Shown: piece by piece, positions 50,900 through 64,000 of the stretch
How positions within the stretch are numbered: the first letter of the stretch is position 1
How the letters are laid out: each line of letters opens with the position of its first letter
Assembly (NCBI GenBank): GCA_964016885.1
Contig: OZ024741.1
Location: 238,018,001 to 238,082,000 of the forward strand
Direction: 5' to 3'
DNA from: Eledone cirrhosa
Lineage: Eukaryota
Length of the DNA: 64,000 nucleotides
Translations under genes and position numbers: made by a program
The notes under the pieces: generated by a model
The model's input: only the letters and a program-made list of their open reading frames with translations
Told to the model about the DNA's origin: nothing
Databases searched by the model: none

Positions 50900-53030
50900 G
50901 ACAATAGTAGCAACAGCAGTAGCAGTAGTAATAATGAGGAATAGGAAACTAGTAGAGAACAGGGGCTGAAGAGATCTCTGGTAACCCACAGAAAAGTGGC
51001 AGTGATAGTTTGTCCAGTGAAAGAAATAGAGATGATTTTTCAGAGTAGACCAAATGAGATTTTACCAAGAAATAAATGGAGTGTGTACAGATGAAGTGAT
51101 GATACCAGATAGCAATGAAAGTCAAAAGTTTGAAGACACATTTGGAGTAAAGAGAAAGTACACAAGAAAAACGCTAAATGGTTACAAGAACTGTAATAAA
51201 CAACAGTTTGCCCACAACAGAACTAGATAATTCACTAAGGGATATGAAGGAAGTCAGAAAATTAGCAATTGGAAGTCTCCAGGACCAGACAGAATTCAAG
51301 GCTACTGGATCAAAAGATTTAGTGAATGCCATGTACAAATAGCTGAACAATTCAACACATTGTTAAATGCTGGCCAAGTAATACTAGAGTGGCTGTCAAA
51401 GAGGAGGACAGTTCTGTCCTTGAAAGACATCAGAAAAGAAACAACTACACACTGATATTATGCTTACTACATATGTGGAAGTTATTCACTGGAATAATCG
51501 CTGAGTCAATGTAGAAGTATCCTGAAGAAAATGGAGTTTTATCAGACAAGGTACCAAGGACCAATATTTGATATCAAAACAATATTTAGTGATTACAAGA
51601 GGAAGAAAACCAACTTGGCCATGTCGTGAATTGATCACCGGAAAGCCTATAATATGATCCCACATTCTAGGACCATGGAATGTGTGAACCTATTTGGTTT
51701 ATTAGAAAAAGTATGGAGAAGCAGAAAACAAAACTGACAGCATGTTAAAGAAGCTTAGAGTGTGTTTGGATTCAAAGGTTGCCAACAAAAGGTTAACCAT
51801 TTAAGGACAACCTCAAGCTTTATGATAAGGATGAATCCCAGGTCAGTTCCTTCGTTGTTATGGTGTATATGTTTAGTGCTGACGTCAGAATGGAGTTTGG
51901 ATTGAAAAAGTGAGGTGTGTTAGGTTTGAACAGTAACAAAATTAAACACATGGAGAGGTTGGTGTTGCCATTGGGGAGGTCATGAAGCAAATAGAAGAGG
52001 AAATTATACACACTTAGGGATACTGGAAATGGACAAAGTAATGGAGGAGGAAATGAAAGAAAAAGTTAAGGTGGAATACTTGTGCAGACTTGTCCTCATC
52101 TTGAAATTGAATAGACAGAATAGATAGAAGCTATCAACCCAGAGGCAGTCTCACCCTTTAGGTATGGAACAGCGATGGTACGTGGGCAGTAGAAACACTA
52201 AACAGCTTAGATCAAAAGACATTGACTTGGCATGGAGTATTTCATCCAAAGAGTGATACAAACAGATTATATGTACCAAGAAAAAGACGAGGAAGAGATC
52301 TGATTGAGTTCGAAGACAGCATAAGAGCAAGCAGAAGAAAACAACATGGCAGGTTACCGAAAAATGCCACAGAACTGCTAGTGGTGGAAGTAAGAAGGTC
52401 AGGGTTGTGCAAAACTGAAGATTGAAAAGATAAAACACAGTACAAGTATTTGAAGATGGATAAAACTGAAAATAATTTGTGGGTAGGAGTATCAATAATA
52501 GTTGGTGCCTTAGAAACTGTAAGTAGAGATCTTAAAAAGAACATTGAACAAAGAGGGGTTGCAATGTGTGCAGAGCATTTGCAGAAAACAGCACTGCTTG
52601 GAACAGCTTGAATACTCTGGATGGTGCTGAAAAAATAAGAGCTGTTCACTGGCAGTAAACAGCTGACATTGTAATACATTTCCAGCATTAGAAGCTGAGT
52701 GAAGAAAACAAAAATAAAAATACCAATACAAAGCAATAGAGAACAGGAATGAGCATGTGGCTTGGAAGGTAATGCAGGAGGATGGGATTATGAATGTTTG
52801 ACTGGCAGAGTAACTGAGCATTGAAAGTGGAGATGACAAGACTGTTTGAAATGAGAGTATAATGTGAAAGTGATACCAGTTGTGATTGGGCATTAGGGTC
52901 AATCCCATTGAAACTCCAAGTCTTCTTAAAACAGTTGGGAATACCATGCAAGATTGGTGTCATACAAAAATCGGCCTTGCCAGACACTATGCACATTTTA
53001 AGGAAAGCATTATGTCTGAAGCCCTTGCTG
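50900..53030 (+). mobile_element. Degenerate R4/Dong-like LINE in G4 intron 1, retaining two endonuclease-type C-termini
   Basis: WKSPGPDRIQGYWIKRF, HPKSDTNRLYVPRKRRGR, IIVGALETV...LQKTALLGTA, and a second VIPVVIG.LGSIP...IQKSAL..T.HILRKAL. Confidence 0.75.
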
Positions 53031-55860
53031 GGATTTGATAGCTGACTAAATACTCCAGTGCTTTTTCCATCTACACTGCAAGACAAAGTAATAATAATGA
53101 TAGTGATGGATAATGGGGTTGGGTAGGGTGGGCTATTTGATGCTTCCCTCCTTCATTACTCAGTCAACATGATGTAAAGTGTATTATGGTGGTATTATAG
53201 AAGAGAGTGGTAACTAAATCCTAACCTTCCCTCTTAAAGCAAGATTTCAATAGTATGAGTTCCCGGTCAGAACCATCCTATGCCATCTTTGTCCTATGTC
53301 TTCCTTGGGCTCTCTCTTCCACAGATTTTGCTAACTTCAAGCACTTGGTACTTTTGCATACAACTGTCTTTCTCCATGTATGTACCATTGTAACTGCCTC
53401 TCTTGTACACTACATCTGATTACTCTCATATTCAATTTTCTCTCGGCTACATGTGTTCTGTCATTCACACACACTAATATTACACACCCAGTAGAGTATA
53501 CATGTTTCATTTCTTTCTAGCCATCACAAATCTGCATTCAAGCACCATGTCCCACTACCATGAAGCATGGCAGTTCAAATAAAAACCTTATACAATATAT
53601 AAAAATGTGAAGCACTTTATTGCCAGCAGAGGTAACAAATCCTGATTTTATTCCCCTCTGTAGTCACTTAGGCTAAGCTTTCAGTACACCCCACCCCACT
53701 GTTAATGAGGTTACCTAAACAGAAGCAGCTATCAACTACTTCTAGTGAATCTTCCTGAATATCTGAGGGAGCTTATTTCATAAAGAATGAGTAATGTTGT
53801 TGTTGACTTCTGTACATCTATCACATACAGCAATATATTCATCCACAAGGTTCTCTATAACCCACCGGAGCCTAATGTAGGCTGTGAATATTAGATGGTA
53901 CAGATTGTTTGGGTTAACAATGGCCTCACTGTCATCAGTACACAGCTTACCAACATGACTAAGACAATATCAAATGTAGTTGAACCAACATGAGGAAGGA
54001 CTTTTCCTTCAACAACACCATCTCACCTGCATTTGGACTATATCGGAACTAAACAAAGGTGTGTGGCTCAAAACAGTCAGTTAATCATGATTTGGCGACT
54101 TGACAATAAGTACACATGGATCAAAGTTACACAGCATCTTGGCCTCCATGTGTATGGACCACATAAATGCCGCTGTTTTGTATCACAGAGCAAGGTGTTT
54201 CCTTCATCACACTGCTCTGAGAGAAGAGATGACATTAAACAAAGACTAATGCTACTGGATTTTCATCACAACTGAAGTCAATTAGCTTTGTAAATGGCAA
54301 TGATAGGTGCTTAGACAGAACAACTCGAGTTCTATTAAACCTTTCTGATACCAAACCACCTGAAAATGTACCTGGTTCTCAAATACAAAGCTGTTTGTTT
54401 TAAATGTTTATATCTATCTAAAACTTTCCATTGCAATTGTATTTAAGAATCGTTACAGTTGTGTGCTAAATACCAAATTAATAATGAGAAAGTCAGATAT
54501 TTTTCTAAATTCATCCAAATTCTTGATTATATAAAATCATATTTGAAAATCATAGGCAGTGGATTTTATTAGAAATATGGTAATGAAAGGGTTATGGTGA
54601 TGTAATTCATTCATCTAGGATACCAGGTGTTGTATTACATTCTTCAGTGTCAACCATGATGCTTTGGTCATAAACCTAGGTGTTGCCACATGCAATTCAG
54701 GAGAGTAAACTGATTAAATACCAGCCATTAATGGTCAAATTCCATTTCACACTAGTTACTGTTAAGACCTCCAATGTCCTTAGTTCCCAGACTACCAGTT
54801 TCTTATGCTAAATTAGAATGAGAGGAAGGAGCCCTTTTGTGGTATAATGACTGATAAAATGGATACCACTGGCTGGTTTGTTATGGCAAGGCTTTTGACA
54901 TCTGATCTTTTAACTATTTTTGCTAATTGAAAAACTAAATAAATTTCATAATCTTTAAAAAAATGTGTAAATGTTATTTATCTCTAAATAGACTTTATTA
55001 GACTCATGTGAATAATTCATAATATATCTCTTCTGATGTGATAATGACGACATACCTATGGCTAGATGTGGTAGCTGAATGATACAGGAGGAAAACAAAA
55101 TGTACTAAAGTGTATGTTAAAACATGGACAATAATATTCTGTTATGACTTCATTAAAGCCAGAGAAAGATTAAGATTTAATTACTAAAATTATTACGACA
55201 ATAGATATAAACTATATTAACATGCATTACAAACATTCAGTCTTATTGGCTATCAAATAATATATTCCAAGAGTTAAATATATACACCTAGTTTGAACTG
55301 TTACACCAATATTGTATATAAAATATATAGTAGCAATATATACAGTTTAATATTATAGTGTGTTTTATATGACTCTGATATTACAATATGTAGTCTATCT
55401 AGAGGTAATTATACTACTACTACTACAGCAGCAGTTGTTGTTGTTAATGGTGGAAGTGATGGCAAGATCTCTCTATCCTACAAGGCCCTATTTCTTGTTG
55501 GTGTATATGTGTGTGCGTGTGTGTGTCTATATATATATACATATATATATATCATTATTATCATTTAATGGCTGTTTTCTCATACATATATATATAGCAC
55601 ACATTTTTAATTTTGTGCTTAGCCTGTTTCACTATAAACATATCATCATTCTCATCACCTTTTAGTGATAAGGCTGGTGTGTTTATAATGAAACACAGGC
55701 TAAAGACAATATAAATGTTATGATTATGAACAAGAGGGAGACAAAGGGAAAAAGAGAGAGATAGATAGACAGACAGATAGATAGAGAGGGAGAGAGATAG
55801 ATAGACAAACAGATAGATAGAGAGAGAGATAGAGATAGAGATAGAGCAAGAGAGACTTAC

Positions 55861-56125
55861 CTTCATTGTTTAATCCTTATCCTTCACTGTAGTAGCATGT
55901 AATGGATGATGTGTATCCTGCTGTAGTGTTCCAGTATGATGGCTGCTACTGCTGTAGTTGTGTTATAGTGTAACTGCTGCTACTGTAGTGTCCCATAATA
56001 ATTGCTTCACTGCTGTAGTGTTTCAGTGTAACTGCTGCTGCTGCTATGGTGTTCCTGTGTAACTGCTGATATTGCTGTGTCCCTGTGTAACTGCTGGTGT
56101 GACAGTAGCTATATGTAGTGGGAGG
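55861..56125 (-). other. Putative 5' leader exon of G4 (promoter block upstream, ~56120-56310)
   Basis: AAG|GTAAGT donor; near-identical to 33831. Confidence 0.75.
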
Positions 56126-57076
56126 AGGGATGTTAACTAGATGGTGTTGTGTGAGTTATATCCCTATATCTTCCACACACACAAAAGTGTGTATTATGAA
56201 CAAAGAAAAAAGCTATCAGCCTCATTTTGAATATTGAAAGAAATATATAAAATCTTCCTTAACCAATAGGAAATTACTGCAATGTTGTCTGTGTAACAGA
56301 AACACAGGAAATAATAGAATCCATGTCAAACAGAAATAGTTTGATAGTTTATGTTATAATACTAATTCAAGTTAAATTTAATGACAATAATCCAGAATTC
56401 TTTACTTTGCAGCTAATTATTTAAAAATTATAAAACTATTTTTTATTATATTTTAATGTTAAAATTAATTATTATAATTAATTACATATTTTAAAATATA
56501 ACTGCTTATAATTTATGTATTATCTCTTTTTAACAGAAATGCCAAACTCCTAGCATTTGATATATAATGTAGCAAAGGAAAATGGGAAGAAATATGTTTG
56601 AATGAAGTAATTTTGAGGAAATATATTTAGGAATAAAATTTACTCTAACTTGTAGTTAAATATTAACATTGCTCTCCTATTTCTAACTTTCTAAATGTAA
56701 TAATGCAGTAAAGGAATTATATTATTTTTCTTGAAATTTTTCTATAGTCTTATATCTAAAGGAAACAATATTGTGTAAAACATCCATTAAATGATTCACA
56801 ATCTAAATAGTTTCGTGATCAAAATAGAAAAAAATTATAAATATATTTTAAAAAAATAATATTAAAACAGAAATTAAAATAGATAATAAAAAATAAGCAA
56901 AACATTTTAAACTATAATAATATTATAGTGTACTATATTTAAGTGTCTGAGATGTAAATTAGGGGTCATAGTATATGACACTACAGATAAGACATTTTGT
57001 GTAATTATGAGAAAGTGGTTATAAGTTTGATATTTTTATATATAAGAATCATTTAACAACTGTGATGGGATATCTA

Positions 57077-57156
57077 CTACGTTGGCTGTAGATAGGTATC
57101 TTGTACTTGTTGTCCCTTTTGTATTGTGGCTGGAACTGGATTGTCATTGGTATATT
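57077..57156 (-). CDS. Protocadherin G5, last coding exon (EYTNDNPVPATIQKGQQVQDTYLQPT*)
   Basis: Same splice sites and phase as in G2. Confidence 0.85.
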
Positions 57157-57312
57157 CTGGAAAATAGAAAATATAGAAATAGAATTATATTTCAATATAA
57201 CAACTCTGTAAAGATATAAACATTGATGTTATATTACACTAACTATAACATTACATATTGCCTTACAGTAATAAAGGGAATTATATTTATATGTTGTTTA
57301 GATAAAAGTTAC

Positions 57313-57460
57313 CTGGTTGTGAAGGTATCTCTTCATATGGTTTAGTCTTGCCAATACTCTTGTAACCTTCTCTGCTTTTTTGTGATGTTAAGGTGTCACT
57401 GTTGTAGTTAGACATGCTGAGACTGGTGCGACCTTCATGACTATGGATTGAATCACATCT
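57313..57460 (-). CDS. Protocadherin G5, second coding exon
   Basis: 148 nt, caacag| ... CAG|GTAACT. Confidence 0.9.
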
Positions 57461-57990
57461 CTGTTGAATATAAAAGATATCAGAAACATGATTTTAACTA
57501 GAGTAACTGTTTTCATTTATTAGCTAAATTGATCTTTCTATGAAACAAGAAAAGAGTCATTTTATTCAATGTCATTAAACATTCACAGAATCAGTAGATA
57601 ACTGTACACATTGAACAAATGATGTTAATATCATAAACATTGCAAAAAAAAAAAAAAATTGATTTTCAATACAAACTGGAGACTGTGTTGAAAAACTTCC
57701 ACTAAATGACAATATTACTGTGTTATGAAATATGATGTATTATGCCATTTATTCATGTCTCAAATATAATAGGCTACATATACACTCCTTGAAATGATTT
57801 TGTATGGTTTCAGTGATATTTTACCAAAGAAATATGAGAAATTCCATGTCAACCATCAAAATATTGTTGTAATTTTAAAATGAAAACCAATACTCATCTT
57901 CTTTTTATGAGTGAATAATAAAGCAACAATAAATTATGAATAAAAATTGGCAATCCAATATAATATCAAACAATTAAATGTAATATTTAC

Positions 57991-60390
57991 CTGAGGAACT
58001 TGTGGAAGTCTCCTTTGTGTTGTTGAGAATTTCCACTCATCTGGTAGCTGTTCCATCTCTGGATAAAACTGACTTTTAGATTTTATTGTCTGAAGATTTC
58101 TGTTAAATATTTCTTCTGCATTTCTGGTTATTGCAACAGGATTGTTGGTATGATACAGTAATTGTCTCATCTCAGTCTGAGACAGAAAGTTTGGATTATC
58201 TGCTGTTGTAGGTGAGTTATTGGTGTGATTAATACATCTGAAAACACACAGTGTTATTGACACTACAATAGCCACAGATATTGTTACAGCTGCTGCTACA
58301 ATGATAATTACCCAAGTCATATTGAGGTTGTTACCAGACTGTAAGTGGACAGCATTCAACATTAGAGATGTATCATTACTAACAAACAATGTTAGTATGA
58401 TAACAGTTGTTGCTGATTGAACTGGAGTACCACCATCTTTCAATATAAACTGTAGGTCATATGTTCCTGCATCATTTTGGTAAACTGCCCGAGAGAAAGA
58501 TAAGACACCAGTGTGGGAGTTGACTGTAAACAGGTTTTTATCATTAGATCTCAGTATTCCATATGTGAGGAAAGCATTGTTTCCAGTGTCTTTGTCAGAG
58601 GCTTTCAGAATGGTGATGTCTTTCTTACTGTGTGGATGGTAGTGGACATCTAGATTGTAAGGGTCATTAATAGGAAAGGTAAAATAGGGAGCATTATCAT
58701 TTTTATCTAGAATCTCAATAACAATATTGGCAGTGTCATTCAGAGAAGGTGTTCCATTATCTTTGACTAAAACCTGGAATTTATAGATGTCTTTTACTTC
58801 CCGATCTATTGATTGTGATGTAGAAATAAATCCATATTTTGTAAGTTGGAAAGGAATGTTATCATTGTTGTTATCATTGATGATAGAATATGTAAGTTGA
58901 CCTCCATCTTCAAGATCAGGGTCTGTAGCATTGATGAAGCCAATAGGGAAGTCAACTTTCTGGTTTTCATAAGTGAGGAATTGGAATGTATCTTTGGTAA
59001 AATGTGGCTGTACATCATTGACATCAGTTACTTTCACTGAGAAATATTTCTTAGTTTCTAATTGAGGTGATCCCATGTCATGACATACAATAGATACTTT
59101 ATAGTGGTCTATAGTTTCTCTATCAAGATGACCCTTAACAATCATTTTATATTCTTTAGAATCTATTTTGGCAAGTTTAAATTTATCATGTTTTAAATCA
59201 CAGCTAACCTCACCATTAGGTCCAACATCAGTGTCAGAGACTATAACATAAGCTATAAAACTATCTATTTCACTGTCTTCTGAAACTGCTGTGGAACTTT
59301 CTGTTAAAGGAGATACAAAATCTATATTTATCACTGGAGCACTATTCTGGTTATTAATTACATTAATTTGAACTGTTGTTACAGAACTAAGTTGAGGATC
59401 ACCTCCATCTTGTGCTTCAATAAATAATAAATAGGATTGCATCTTACTAAAGTTAAAATTATCATGCAAAAATATCTCTCCAGTTTTCTTATCTAATACA
59501 AAATATTTCAGTGCATTTCGAGATGTTTTATGGTTGAAATGGTAAGAAATCTTTCCGTTGTGTCCAGAATCTAAATCTGTGGCTTTTAAAGTAAGAATTG
59601 GTAAATGTCTTTGATGTAAATTATTTATAGATATGTTGTAGACTTTCTGTGAAAATACAGGTGTGTTATCATTAACATCTGTCACAGCTATGAGTACCTT
59701 GAGGGTAGCTGTTTGGGGAGGGTTCCCTCCATCTTTAGATTCAAGAGCCAACATGTATGTGTCTTTTATTTCCCTGTCTAATCTGTCTTCTAAAGTTAAT
59801 TCAGGTACGAAAACACCATCATGTCGTCTTGTGACAGAGAGGGCAAATGGTTCTCTTTTACCTTTCTTTATCATGTATGTAATTTGAGAATTTTGTATTG
59901 AAATGTCTTTATCAATAGCATTTGGAAGAGGAATTGTATCCCCTTTACTATCTCTCTCTGGAAAATTAACTGTAACTTCATTCCTTGGAAATTCTGGTGA
60001 ATGATCATTGATGTCTTCTATAATTATTTTTATCTTAAGAATTTTCATAAAAGTTTTTCCTTTCCTCACTGCTACTTTAACGATTCTGGAACATTCCTTG
60101 TTATATATACACAGAGACTCAGCATCCAGTGTCCGTGTAGTGTATAGTTTTCCTGTGTTGGTGACGTTGAATAAGTGAGAACCACTTGACACTGTCCTTT
60201 GTAGTTGTGTAAATGTAATGTGAGTGTGTTGTTGATGTGTAAGAGAGTGTGTTAAGTTGGAATCAACAGCAATGTCTCCTATATAGGTGTGAGGACTGTC
60301 TTCTTCATTGACATGATATGTAATGTCTATGGACAGTACAAGGGTCATCAGTAAATGTAGTAGACAGAGTAGACCAATATATGTTGTCAT
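57991..60390 (-). CDS. Pcdh: Protocadherin G5, large exon; predicted spliced protein 875 aa; leader exon lies right of the window
   Basis: Near-identical to G3; donor CAG|GTAAAT; acceptor at 60425. Confidence 0.95.
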
Positions 60391-61091
60391 GTCTGGAATT
60401 CTTCACACTTTAGCAGTAGAAATTTCTACAAAAGAGACAAGAAATATTTTAAGTTGAAATATGAATAAATCATCATGATCATTATGGTTCTACATCCACT
60501 TTCCACACAGACATGGGTTAGGTGGGCTGTTATACTCCAATTTAATTGTTATTAGGAAATACTGTCCTCCTGGATGAGTCAGGAAACTTACTTGTTACTT
60601 AATGTTACATTAATCTATTCAAATTTTCTTTTTATAGTTGGATGCCTTCCCTAACATCAACTATTCTACAGTGCGTACTGATGAAATGCTCGTAGCAACA
60701 TTAGTAGAAAGGTTGCCATGTCTTGACCAAAAGAGTCCTCTTTAGACTACTTAATTTTGTCAAATTCTTTTCAGAGTGTATTTGTTACATTTTATAGTGA
60801 CACCAGTACTGACGAGGTTGTCAAGTCCTCAATATGACTAAAGAGTCCTTTAAGGATCACACATGGAGAAAGCCCACAAAAAACCATGGTCACCCTGATC
60901 ACTAAGGCAAGTGCCCTCTGTCAGTTGTCCTCCTCCAATCTACAGGTTCATACTCAGAGTAGGACTATTAGGAAAGGGAAAGTACAGTAGAGGACAGGGG
61001 TAAAGAAATTTCTGGTAACCTACAGAAAAGAGACAGTGATATTTTGTTCACCGAAAGAAATATAGTTGATCTGGAAGACAATGTAATTAAT

Positions 61092-61270
61092 TGTTTCTAC
61101 TTTAGGCACAAGGCTAGCAATTACCCAGTGCATTACTGGTACTTTATTTTATCGACCCCGTAAGGATGAAAGGCAAAGTCAACCTCGGCGGGATTTGAAC
61201 TCAGATTGTAAAGGGACGTAACTATGCTGGAAAGCATGGCGTCCGACCCCTCTACCGATACTGCCAATCC
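61092..61270 (-). mobile_element. Young SINE (family A), same insertion as 39075
   Basis: Same atgtaattaat TSD and position. Confidence 0.9.
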
Positions 61271-61511
61271 ATGTAATTAATGGAGACATGACAGATGAAC
61301 AGAAGGTAATATATGACAGAATAAAGGCAAGGTTACATGAGGACAATAGAAGCTAAACCTAGACACAAAAAAGATGAATGAAATTCTAAAATACATCAGA
61401 ATAATTAACATCATAGAAACAAATAATCTGATAAAGTCTGCAAGCTTTGTTGTAGCAGAAAACATGGAGGTAGATATCAAGAAGAAGAAAAGTAGAATAC
61501 AGGCTAGCATA

Positions 61512-62014
61512 ACCATCTCGCCAATTGCAACCCTGAGCGCCTCTTTGATCTCCATGTGTCTAACACACGTGGACATGCCTACAAGATCAGAAAACAGCAC
61601 AGCTCCCATGACTTTCGTAGACATTTTTTCACGCTCAGAGTTGCTGAAGCATGGAACAAACTGCCTGCGTCAATTGTTAGCTGCCGAGACACTGCATCCT
61701 TTAAGACACTCATGGTTCCCGAAATACGCCAAAACTACACCTGATGTACCCCTTCCATACACATGCACACATGTGTGTATCATGACTCGTGCACTGTTCA
61801 TTTTACTGATGTTTGTGCATTGCCCTATGCAATGTACATGCACTGTACACTGGGCACTGTACACAATATTTCATTATTGTTATTGTTATTATATCATGAC
61901 TCATACACTGTTCATTTTCCTGACACTTTATTATTCTATGTACTATACATGCACCTTTGATGAGTTGTAGTGCACCTGAGCACTGTACACAATAATTTCA
62001 TTATTATTATTATT
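61512..62014 (+). mobile_element. CR1-clade LINE 3' end, specific to G5
   Basis: TRGHAYKIRKQHSSHDFRRHFFTLRVAEAWNKLP, (ATT)n tail; interrupts gctagcatagatatgtcc, which is intact at ~27480 and ~39490. Confidence 0.9.
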
Positions 62015-64000
62015 ATAGATATGTCCTTGAAGGACATTTCTGTCTTAGACAAAGAAGAGAAGAGGGTGTTTAGAAAAGAACAATACAGAGCACTAAAAAG
62101 AATGTATATCATTGAAAGAAATATGCCTAAAAGCAGTAATGGAGGACCTTTAGTAACGTCTAATGGCAAAGAAAGCCAAGATAGAAAGATATAACCAAAG
62201 AATAATGCAATATCAGCAAAATAGATTTTTCAGAGTAGACCAAATGAGATTTTACCAAGAAATAAATGGAGTGTGTACAGATGAAGTGATGATACCAGAT
62301 AGCAATGAAAGTCAAAAGTTTGAAGACACATTTGGAGTAAAGAGAAAGTACACAAGAAAAACGCTAAATGGTTACAAGAACTAAGGGATATGAAGGAAGT
62401 CAGAAAAAAGATGAGAATTAGAAGTCTCTGGGACCAGTTGGAGTTCAAGGCCACACTGGATCAAAAGATTTAGTGAATGCCATGTACACATAGCTGAACA
62501 ACTCAACACATTGTTAAATGCTGGCCAAGTAATACTAGAGTGGCTGTCAAAGAGGAGGACAGTTCTGTCCTAGAAAGACATCACAAAAGAAACAACTACA
62601 CACTGATATCATGCTTACTACATATGTGGAAGTTATTTACTGGAATAATCACTGAGTCAATGTAGAAGCATCTTGAAGAAAATGGAATTTTATCAGACAA
62701 GCAGAAAAGGTGCAAGCATAAGTGCAGCGGTACCAAGGACCAATTTTTGATATCAAAACAATATTTAGGGATCGCAAGAGGTATAAAACCAACTTGGTCA
62801 TGTCGTAAATTGATTACCTGAAAGCCTATGATATGATCCCACATTATTGGATCATGGAATGTGTGAACCTAGAAACAGAAAACAAAACTGACAGCATGTT
62901 AAAGAAGCTTAGAGTGTGTTTGAATTCAAAGGTTGCCAACAGAAGGTTAACCATTTAAGGACCACTTCAAACTTTATAATAAGGATGAATCCCAGGTCAG
63001 TTCCTTCGTTGTTATGGTGTATATGTTTAGTGCTGTCATCAGAATGGAGTTTGGATTGAAAAAGTGAGGTGTGTTAGGTTTGAACAGTAGCAAAATTAAA
63101 CACATGGAGAGGTTGGTGTTGCCATTGGGGAGGTCATGAGGCAAATAGAAGAGGAAATTATACACACTTAGGGATACTGGAAATGGACAAAGTAATGGAG
63201 GAAGAAATGAAAGAAAAAGTTAAGGTGGAATACTTGTGCAGACTTGTCCTCATCTTGAAATTGAATAGACAGAATAGATAGAAGCTATCAACCCAGAGGC
63301 AGTCTCAGCCTTTAGATATGGAACAGCGATGGTACGTGGGCAGTAGAAACACTAAACAGCTTAGACTAAAAGACATTGACTTGATATGGGGTATTTCATC
63401 CAAAGAGTGATACAAACAGATTGCATGTACCAAGAAAAAGATGAGGAAGAGATCTGATTGAGTTTGAGGACAGCATAAGAGCAGAAGAAATCAACATGGC
63501 AGGTTACCTAAAAATGCCACAGAACTGCTAGTGGTGGAAGAAAGAGGGTCAGGGTTGTACAAAATTGAAGATTGCAAACATAAAAGATAGTACAAGTATT
63601 TGAAGATGGATAAAACTGAAAATAATTGGCCAGAAAGAAGAATACATAGACAATTCCATAGATATGTTGAAGATAGGACAGACAGAAAAAAGGTGGTTAT
63701 GAGTGACTAAAAGTAATGTAAAATCTTTGTTGGGATTTGATAGCTGACTAAATACTCCAGTGTATTTTCCATCTACACTGCATGATAAAGTGATAATAAT
63801 GATAGTGATGGATAATGGGGTTGGGTAGGGTGGGCTATTTGATGCTTCCATCCTTCATTACTCAGTCAACATGATGTAAAGTGTATTATGGTGGTATTAT
63901 AGAAGAGAGTGGTAACTAAATCCTAACCTTCCCTCTTAAAGCAAGATTTCAATAGTATGAGTTCCTGGTCAGAAACATCCTATGCCATCTTTGTCCTTGG

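Larger units (their letters stand above)
60900..63720 (+). mobile_element. Degenerate R4/Dong-like LINE in G5 intron 1 with nested SINE and CR1
   Basis: Paralogous to 38880-41180. Confidence 0.7.

Noticed and set aside
35974-60390. G3/G5 as a pure assembly artefact
   Set aside because: They differ by scattered substitutions and a G5-specific CR1 insertion, and their neighbours G2 and G4 are clearly different; real duplication is more likely, though read depth should confirm.
61374-61970. 198-aa ORF
   Set aside because: Chance fusion of the R4-like relic with an off-frame reading of the inserted CR1 fragment.

Overview
AT-rich animal DNA, almost certainly coleoid cephalopod (octopus-like; inferred from gene type, SINEs and microsatellite load), holding a tandem minus-strand protocadherin cluster. 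There are five apparently intact genes (named here G1-G5, left to right), a deletion-derived pseudogene remnant between G1 and G2, and the leader exon of a sixth gene lying left of the window. Reading splice sites by eye gives each gene the same self-contained 4-exon plan: a low-complexity 5' leader exon, a ~2.4-kb exon (signal peptide, 6 cadherin repeats, TM, proximal tail) and two private small cytoplasmic exons. Most notable: (1) divergence is confined to EC2-EC3 while EC1 and EC4-TM are nearly identical even in the otherwise divergent G1; (2) a spliced uORF starts in the last 6 nt of the leader exon and its stop overlaps the protocadherin ATG in every gene checkable; (3) a CTCF-like motif and a conserved CCAAT block lie upstream of the leaders; (4) the array is an A-B-A-B higher-order duplication with mosaic introns. 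Introns carry RTE, CR1 and R4/Dong LINE pieces, tRNA-derived SINEs and MITEs. All exon models are manual predictions without transcript support.
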